Shown piece after piece: positions 44,037 through 50,686 of a stretch of DNA of 62,986 bases. The stretch is from NCBI GenBank assembly GCA_030827365.1, contig JAUREO010000004.1, positions 1 through 62,986 on the forward strand. Direction: 5' to 3'. The notes below the pieces were generated by a model that was given only the letters and a program-made list of their open reading frames with translations, did not search any database and had not been told where the DNA came from. This DNA is from Poseidonia sp. Lineage in GTDB: Archaea > Thermoplasmatota > Poseidoniia > Poseidoniales > Poseidoniaceae. Within the stretch, counting starts at the first letter, position 1, and the number at the start of each line of letters is the position of its first letter. Both the position numbers and the translations under genes were made by a program.

Positions 44037-46177
44037 TCTTCTTCACCGGTTGATTGCTTGTGCTGTTTGATTAAGCCATGGTCTTGAATAATTTCAATTG
44101 CACCTGGTAAGACCCCAAGAATATCGTCAGTGGACAGTCCAGTGGATTTGTAAATGAGGTTGGCAACATTTTCCTTTTTTTCTCGGCCTGGGCTAATGAT
44201 GGCATAGCGTTCGCACATTGTCGCAATCAATTCGGGTGTACTTGTGGCTAACAATGGCACACCGTTCACGGCGATCATCCCAATACCAAGTTGTATGTCG
44301 AGGTCTTTGTACCACGTTCTTTGTCCTCGGACAATGAAACCACCCTTACCAACATACTCTCCAGTTTGTGCCGTCTTCGATACTTGTGCTGGTTTAACGC
44401 TGTACACGGTTCCGTGGGCTCCACCACTTGCCCATGCACGACTCCAAGCCAATGCCATCACCGCTGCTTGTGCCAACTTTTGTTCGTTGAGTATTTCATC
44501 TTGGAGTTTATCTGCAATTCGATAAGATGGAATATTGCTCGGAATGTGGATTGATGGTGAGGGGTCAACAACGATACCATGGTCGGAGCGTAAACTGCAT
44601 GATGGGGCTCCATGTAAGTCGGCGTGAAGATACATATCTTGATTTGAGCAATGTTTTTTCACAACAGCATCGTTACCTTTTGCATCCTTGCCGCCAATGA
44701 CCAAATGACCTCCAGATGTGATAGCCCATTTGTAGTGTTCAAACCAAAATTTCTTGCTTCGCTTCATCGATTGAATTTTGCCAGTCGACTGCAATTTTGC
44801 TTCTTTCTTTTGGGCCCGTTGCAATTCAAGTTTGGTCGTTTCAAGTGCCGAAATTGCTCCTTGAGATTTATTTTTATGTTTGCGTGCCTTTTCAAAATAG
44901 GCTTGTGCATTTTGATGAACGGTTGCATTCAATTCAACCAACACATTCTCACCTGGTTGTCCTTCATCATCTGCAAGGAACAACTCGATCGTACCTTCAG
45001 CGGGGTGTAAAGAATGAATCCAAGGAATTGATTTGATGGATTCAGCAATTGTTGTCCATCCTTCTTTTTCGATGGCGAGTCTTGTTTGGTCAAGAATCGA
45101 TTGAACATGCTCATATTGTTCTTGAATCATTTGGCCAAGAATTTGATGAGATTCGATTGTGGCATTGAATTGTTCAAGTGAACGTTCTTGCTGAATCAAT
45201 CGTCGTTCCAATCGTTCGACGGCAGTTGATGGACCTCGTCCAGCAAAGGATTGAACCATTTTTTCATCTTCTCTACGCTGATGTGCGCTTGCATCATGCT
45301 GACCTATCCATGCATCGATGGCTTCTGAAAATGAATCGAAGTGAATGTGATGATGCTCTTCAAATTGCTTGAGTTTGATTGGACTGATCTCTAAGATAGA
45401 ATCTGTGAGCGTATCAAAATCCATGGTCATCACATTTGGCTTAATTTTCTCAATAGATTGTCGCACAATCATATACGCTCCCTTCGCATTTGAAACATCT
45501 GAAAGAACTTCTTGAAGAGAGGAAAAAACGATTGAAGAATCAATTTCGTCAATCCTTTTTGAAGAATTGAAACCGCTATGAGCACAAATTGTGTCACTCA
45601 ATGTTGAGCCCAAATTGAGTTTGCCTCCAAGCGTTCTTCCAAGAGGTTGGTCAGAATCTTGAATGAACGAATCAAATTCTTCCATCGTTAAGTCACCAGG
45701 TTGAATTGGCGCTGGTGGAGAAAAATACTTGTGTCCTTTTTTGAGAATTCTATCCGCATAGGACGTACTTGTGAGGGCTTGAAGAATCATTTCTTCCTCA
45801 TCAACAAGAAGAATATTTCCGTTCTGAAACATCTCGACAAATAATTTGCGAATTCCATGTTTTGAATCGAAGGTGAGTTTCAAAATTCGGTCTGCTCCGA
45901 CTTGCTCAAGAGCGAGTAATCTTGCATTCTTTAGATGTTTTCGAAGGACCATAGCAAAGGGTGGAGGTGTCATCGGCATTGGTCTGTCACGAGTTGAAAG
46001 ATAGACTCTCTCTCCTCGGATGATGATGATATCTTTTTGAGATTCATTTTTTGGATTCATGCGTAGCAGGATTTGCTCGTAATGGGGCATGTACGCTTTT
46101 TTCAAATGCCCACCGACAAGAAATTGCATTTCTCGACACATATGAGCAATATCACTTGAACTCATACTTGCCTTCAT
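44033..46177 (-). CDS. rqcH: Ribosome quality-control protein Rqc2/RqcH (NFACT family)
   Basis: N-terminal SSSDI, FAMVLRKHL, Q.GADRIL, coiled coils, NAQAYFEKARK, WFEHYKWAI, GGKDAKGND, HADLHGAPS, QVSKTAQTGEYVGKGGFIVRG. Confidence 0.93.
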   Translation of the reverse strand: MKASMSSSDIAHMCREMQFLVGGHLKKAYMPHYEQILLRMNPKNESQKDIIIIRGERVYLSTRDRPMPMTPPPFAMVLRKHLKNARLLALEQVGADRILKLTFDSKHGIRKLFVEMFQNGNILLVDEEEMILQALTSTSYADRILKKGHKYFSPPAPIQPGDLTMEEFDSFIQDSDQPLGRTLGGKLNLGSTLSDTICAHSGFNSSKRIDEIDSSIVFSSLQEVLSDVSNAKGAYMIVRQSIEKIKPNVMTMDFDTLTDSILEISPIKLKQFEEHHHIHFDSFSEAIDAWIGQHDASAHQRREDEKMVQSFAGRGPSTAVERLERRLIQQERSLEQFNATIESHQILGQMIQEQYEHVQSILDQTRLAIEKEGWTTIAESIKSIPWIHSLHPAEGTIELFLADDEGQPGENVLVELNATVHQNAQAYFEKARKHKNKSQGAISALETTKLELQRAQKKEAKLQSTGKIQSMKRSKKFWFEHYKWAITSGGHLVIGGKDAKGNDAVVKKHCSNQDMYLHADLHGAPSCSLRSDHGIVVDPSPSIHIPSNIPSYRIADKLQDEILNEQKLAQAAVMALAWSRAWASGGAHGTVYSVKPAQVSKTAQTGEYVGKGGFIVRGQRTWYKDLDIQLGIGMIAVNGVPLLATSTPELIATMCERYAIISPGREKKENVANLIYKSTGLSTDDILGVLPGAIEIIQDHGLIKQHKQSTGEEE

Positions 46178-46198
46178 ATAATCACCTGTTTTAATCGC

Positions 46199-46612
46199 CT
46201 ATTGACCATAATCAACTGGATAACCTGCTGCTTTCCATCCTTGAATTCCGGTTTGCAAATCTCGTATATTCGTATATCCAAGGTCGAGGAGTGTCTCAGC
46301 CGCAGCTTGACTTCTGTTTCCACTTCGGCAGTAGAGTAAGATTAGTGTGCCTTTGTCTTCAGGTAATTCTTCTTGTCGAGCATCAATTTCATCGTGTGGT
46401 ATGAGAAGGGCGCCATTGAGGTGACCATCATTTTCCCATTCCGATTGAGTTCGAGTATCGAGCAAAAATGCTTGAGCCTCTGCATCGAGGGTTGTTTTGA
46501 ATTCTTCAGCATCCAATCGAATCCAATGCTCATCGGTTTCGGCTGTGCAACCAATCAATTGTGTTGACAAAAGCAACAGGATAAAGAAGGAGCAAGTATT
46601 GAATTTTGACAT
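46199..46612 (-). CDS. Rhodanese-like domain lipoprotein
   Basis: Hydrophobic leader ending LIGC (lipobox-like); LLDTRTQSEW..GH..GA, active-site loop LYCRSGNRS, GIQGW. Confidence 0.9.
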   Translation of the reverse strand: MSKFNTCSFFILLLLSTQLIGCTAETDEHWIRLDAEEFKTTLDAEAQAFLLDTRTQSEWENDGHLNGALLIPHDEIDARQEELPEDKGTLILLYCRSGNRSQAAAETLLDLGYTNIRDLQTGIQGWKAAGYPVDYGQ

Positions 46613-46688
46613 GACTCTCGTTTAAAACGGTGAGGCGACACCGTATAAATTCACGGGATTCTTTTTCCACAGATTGAGTGAGCTAAAA

Positions 46689-48980
46689 CTAATCCCTTTG
46701 GAGAAAAATTGCTAACACAAATGTGAGCAGAACAGCACCAACAACGCCAATGATCAAAAGAAGTTGACTTGTTGTGAATGCTCCAATAGAGGCTTGCTTG
46801 TCCGAATTTAGATCTTCACAATTTGAACTACAATCATCTGTGATTTGGCCATCATTTTGCTCTTGAGAAGTATCTTGTTCAAAAATGCATGAACCATCAT
46901 CGATATTCGCAAACCGGTCGTAATTCAAAGCAGTCGGATAAATGCAACCCTTAATTGTGGCAGGAGGCAATGGGTATGTGCACATACTTTCATTATGAAT
47001 CTCATTTGTGGAATCAAAATTCGTTGCATTAGCATCGAGACAGCCTTCCTTTTTGACTACCGGAGGAGGTGGATATTCACAAGAACCGTCTTCGATCTCA
47101 GCTGTTTCATCAAAATTCGTGGCTGTTTCATCGGTGCAACCTTCGACCGGGGGCGGATCCTCAGGTTCGTATTCACACATACTTTCGTCGTGCTCTGTTG
47201 CATCTGGATTGAAATTTGTCGCATTTTCATTCATGCAACCTGTGACAGGTGGGGGAGGGTAAAAACATGAACCATCATCAACTGTCGCCGCTGAGTCAAA
47301 GTTCAGTGCATTTGGGTCTGTACACCCTTCAACATCAGGCTGTTGGATGACTTGGCAACCGAATTCATCGACTTCTGCATTTGCAAGCGATGAGGGGCAC
47401 CAGTCCAAACTGTTGTCAATTCCATCGTTGTCGTCATCTTCAAAGCAACCATCACCATTGTAATCCCACAACACATCGTCCCTTCCATCATCACACGCAT
47501 CGATATATCGTTCGATGACGCCATATTTGTTGACTGTAACATTGGAAAGACGTGAATCATTTACCTCAAACCATTCTGATTTGAAGGCTATGGTAATACT
47601 ATTTTTTGATAATCGATCGGATGGAGAACCATCGGGTTCGAGAGGTATATTGTACAACCAATCAATTTCACCATCCCATCCCATTTGAGCCATTTTTCCG
47701 ACCATTGCATGAGTGATGAGAAACTGACCGTTGGGAAGATACACTGCACCGGATTGAAATCTTGGCCCCCACCCAGAGGGTAAGACCATGTGATAATCTG
47801 GTTGGGAAGGTCCAAAAATGCCGGTTGTTTGGTTAATGTCAAATGATGAGCCGTTTCGTGGCAGGTGAAGTAAACCAACCGAACTTGGCCCCCACATTCG
47901 GTTTGAGAAATACGTAATCGCTCCTTCGTTTGGATAACCTGGCGGTACAAACCGTGCATCGTGTTGAACTCGAGTGTGATGTTCTGTTGGAGGACCACCG
48001 TAATTTTGTGGATTGCCCCATCGATACAGGAAATCACCTTGGTCCGTTGAAGCATTTTCCCATGATACACTGTGGTCAATGATGTAGATTTCTTCTGTGT
48101 GCCTGCAGGACAACATAATGTGATCGTGAATTGGGTCGTATTCAATCGAATTACAATGCAACCAATCGGGGTCATCAGCCGCGCTGTTTGGTCCAACTGC
48201 ATTGATGTTTAATTTTCTAGGATAATCCGATATACTACCAAAATTTGGTAATTCGGGGTCGACATCTTGTATGATGTGGTCCATAAAGTGCCACTCCCAA
48301 ACGACCTCAGCAAGACCAGAATCCGATTGCTGATATTCAATAATGGCATCTGGCCACAACCCTCGACCAATGAGGTCTTCTTCATTCCTTCCAAGAGCGA
48401 TTGCTTCCGAATCATCGAAAAATTCCCATAAAATCGCTATGACATTACCATTTGGTAGGAATTTTGCATCGTGATGAAATCGAAGTTGATCTGAATTTTG
48501 TTCAATACTCCAAAGCAAATTACTGTTCCAATCTAAAATCTCAATTTTGGTAGCACCGCCCCCCGCCTGCATTGCGGTTTGTGTACCATTTTCAACATCA
48601 AGAACTCGCAAGAGTGTACCGTTCTCACCTAAATCCATGCCAAATCCAGATGCCTTCGTTTCTTTCGAAGTCCACATGTGAACCATTTCACCGCGTTGGT
48701 CAATGAGGTAGATATTGGGGTCTGCATTGGTGGCAAAAAGAGTGTAGCCTTCTTGCGTGTTCTTGTTGCAGTGAATGATGCCTGCATCAGCATTGATATG
48801 TTGTTTTAGACAAACCGCTGGAGTTGGTTGAGAACCTTGAGATGATTCAGAATTTGAAGAACTTATTCCTGAAAAGAGACTTGAAATCATGAATGCAACG
48901 AAGAAGATTGAAACGAAAGTCTGCTTGTTGTTGGTATGTTTTTTATGGTTGTTGTTGTGTGTTTTGTATTGTGTAACCAT
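46689..48980 (-). CDS. Membrane-anchored aryl-sulfate sulfotransferase (ASST-like) with C-terminal Cys-containing repeats
   Basis: FHHD, DWLHCNSIEYDP, LSCRH, QHDA motifs match the ASST catalytic His/Asn/Arg/His set; five GC-x-D/N-x-x-A-x-N-F/Y repeats; C-terminal TM. The ORF track starts at 49052; ATG 48980 is preferred. Confidence 0.82.
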   Translation of the reverse strand: MVTQYKTHNNNHKKHTNNKQTFVSIFFVAFMISSLFSGISSSNSESSQGSQPTPAVCLKQHINADAGIIHCNKNTQEGYTLFATNADPNIYLIDQRGEMVHMWTSKETKASGFGMDLGENGTLLRVLDVENGTQTAMQAGGGATKIEILDWNSNLLWSIEQNSDQLRFHHDAKFLPNGNVIAILWEFFDDSEAIALGRNEEDLIGRGLWPDAIIEYQQSDSGLAEVVWEWHFMDHIIQDVDPELPNFGSISDYPRKLNINAVGPNSAADDPDWLHCNSIEYDPIHDHIMLSCRHTEEIYIIDHSVSWENASTDQGDFLYRWGNPQNYGGPPTEHHTRVQHDARFVPPGYPNEGAITYFSNRMWGPSSVGLLHLPRNGSSFDINQTTGIFGPSQPDYHMVLPSGWGPRFQSGAVYLPNGQFLITHAMVGKMAQMGWDGEIDWLYNIPLEPDGSPSDRLSKNSITIAFKSEWFEVNDSRLSNVTVNKYGVIERYIDACDDGRDDVLWDYNGDGCFEDDDNDGIDNSLDWCPSSLANAEVDEFGCQVIQQPDVEGCTDPNALNFDSAATVDDGSCFYPPPPVTGCMNENATNFNPDATEHDESMCEYEPEDPPPVEGCTDETATNFDETAEIEDGSCEYPPPPVVKKEGCLDANATNFDSTNEIHNESMCTYPLPPATIKGCIYPTALNYDRFANIDDGSCIFEQDTSQEQNDGQITDDCSSNCEDLNSDKQASIGAFTTSQLLLIIGVVGAVLLTFVLAIFLQRD
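46878..47327 (-). repeat. Five ~30-aa coding repeats (GCxDxxAxNF/Yxxx...DDGSCxY, Pro-rich spacers)
   Basis: GCTDPNALNFD, GCMNENATNFN, GCTDETATNFD, GCLDANATNFD, GCIYPTALNYD in the translation. Confidence 0.9.
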
Positions 48981-49136
48981 GAGCGCCACGCATGTTGTTT
49001 TAAGTTTAAGGATTTTGGAAATTTGTGTTTTTCGTGCGTATCGAAACGACACTTTTTTTGGGCCAAAACAGGCAATAGCGAGGTCGACAACCTACGAGGC
49101 ATAAAAAGCAATCCAAATGCACTAAGTGCTACTTTT

Positions 49137-50633
49137 TTACATACTAAAATACCATTTTGAATCTTCATGAAGAACTCTTCCCTCAACTTCAAGCTCCAAC
49201 AAATGGGATAATGTTTGGTCCTTTGCCAATTCAGGGTGTGCATCTTGTGTATCAGCATATGCTACCTCAGAAATGCTAACGAGGCTCGTCATTCCTTGTT
49301 TGACGGCCGAAAGAACTCGAGCATGTCGCTGTTCTCGATGGTGAATGTAATGAGAAAAAATCAATTCAGGTTGTGCTATCACTGGGCCATGACTTGGAAA
49401 CACGAGATGTGGGCAAAGACCCATGAGACGACGTAATTGTTCAAGATAGATGCCCATGGAACCTGAATATGGAGGGATGAGTATCGTTCCAACGCCTGCA
49501 ACCATGTCGCCTGCGATCAGCCCTGCTTCGCTCAAAAAACAAATGTGTCCTGGATGATGCCCTGGGGTGTGCAGAACTGTCCAAGTCTGTTCTCCAAGTT
49601 GTAAAGATTCCATGTCATTGAGAATTCGGTCCACATGAATGTCTTGAGCACACACTTCACTCGCCCACACAGGGAGGTCAAAAGCCTCCTTCAATAGCCC
49701 TTCATCACCCACATGGTCAGAATGTGTATGTGTGTATGCAACAGCAATCGGTGTGCCTCGATGTCGTTGTACTGCAGAAACGAGGCTCTCCAAATCTTCT
49801 CGTTTTCGAACAGCAGGATCTACGATGATGAAATCTCCATTCGGGTCGCCAACAAGATAACAATTCGTGTGGTCGGCTGGCGGCAGCGTTGCAGTCTTGA
49901 TGGGGACAACTTCAACACCGTGAGCGAAAAGAATCGATTCTCGACCCGGAAGACGCGCCTCAATATCTTGACTTGCCTCATGCATGTTACCGCCAAATTG
50001 GTCAAGAGTTCGCTCGATTTCCATCAAGATGGTGACCACAGGTGGGGCGATTTTCATCAGATGTTGTTGCCACTCATTCAAATACACTGCAGGGGTCGAC
50101 CATCGAATTTCTGTAAACTCTGTTTGTGGTTCTAAATCGATTGAGATGGCGGATGTTTCGTCTAAATTGAGATGAATATGCATGAATGCATTATCAAATT
50201 GAACCGGTCCAAATGGAGGTGTCGTGCGATGGCTAAAGGTTTGTAACCTTGAGGTGTCTATACTGATGTCACCTGCTCTCACAAGTTGATGGAAGCCATC
50301 TTTTTGTGTAAGAATCGTCGTTCTATGTTCACTTGATAATACGACGACGCCATGGCTCGTAAGGCACAAACCGAGTTCTTCGCTCATCTCTCGAACAATA
50401 CACAAATGATTCGCATCGATGTTGATTTCACCGGATAACTCTCGGTCAAATTTCGAAACACCCCCACCACAAAACGCCCAGTAATCTGGGAACGCTTGCA
50501 TGGTTGGTGCACGTTTCCCTAACAGCACCTCAACACCACGAGGGCCATCTCGTGTAATCGTCATTGTAGCCGTTGGCCGAGGTGGCTTACGTGCTACAAC
50601 ACCAAGGTGAACGCCCTGAGGGACTTCGCTCAT
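49137..50633 (-). CDS. Nudix (NUDT19-like) - metallo-beta-lactamase (LACTB2-like) fusion hydrolase
   Basis: N-terminal RPTAT...LLGKRA..M.AFPDYWAFCGGGV...REMSEELG; MBL THTHSDH, HTPGHHPGH, GD, PSHG; C-terminal winged helix. Confidence 0.88.
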   Translation of the reverse strand: MSEVPQGVHLGVVARKPPRPTATMTITRDGPRGVEVLLGKRAPTMQAFPDYWAFCGGGVSKFDRELSGEINIDANHLCIVREMSEELGLCLTSHGVVVLSSEHRTTILTQKDGFHQLVRAGDISIDTSRLQTFSHRTTPPFGPVQFDNAFMHIHLNLDETSAISIDLEPQTEFTEIRWSTPAVYLNEWQQHLMKIAPPVVTILMEIERTLDQFGGNMHEASQDIEARLPGRESILFAHGVEVVPIKTATLPPADHTNCYLVGDPNGDFIIVDPAVRKREDLESLVSAVQRHRGTPIAVAYTHTHSDHVGDEGLLKEAFDLPVWASEVCAQDIHVDRILNDMESLQLGEQTWTVLHTPGHHPGHICFLSEAGLIAGDMVAGVGTILIPPYSGSMGIYLEQLRRLMGLCPHLVFPSHGPVIAQPELIFSHYIHHREQRHARVLSAVKQGMTSLVSISEVAYADTQDAHPELAKDQTLSHLLELEVEGRVLHEDSKWYFSM

Positions 50634-50686
50634 GAAGCATCTTCAAGGCCCGTTGCCTTTGAAGTGTTGCCCTTGACTTGTTGAAC

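Noticed and set aside
50640-50664. Imperfect hairpin CTTCAAGGC-CCGTT-GCCTTTGAAG between the lipoprotein and Nudix-MBL genes
   Set aside because: Bulged, with no adjacent T-tract; TTGAAG/CTTCAA hexamers are frequent throughout this sequence, so it is not distinctive.
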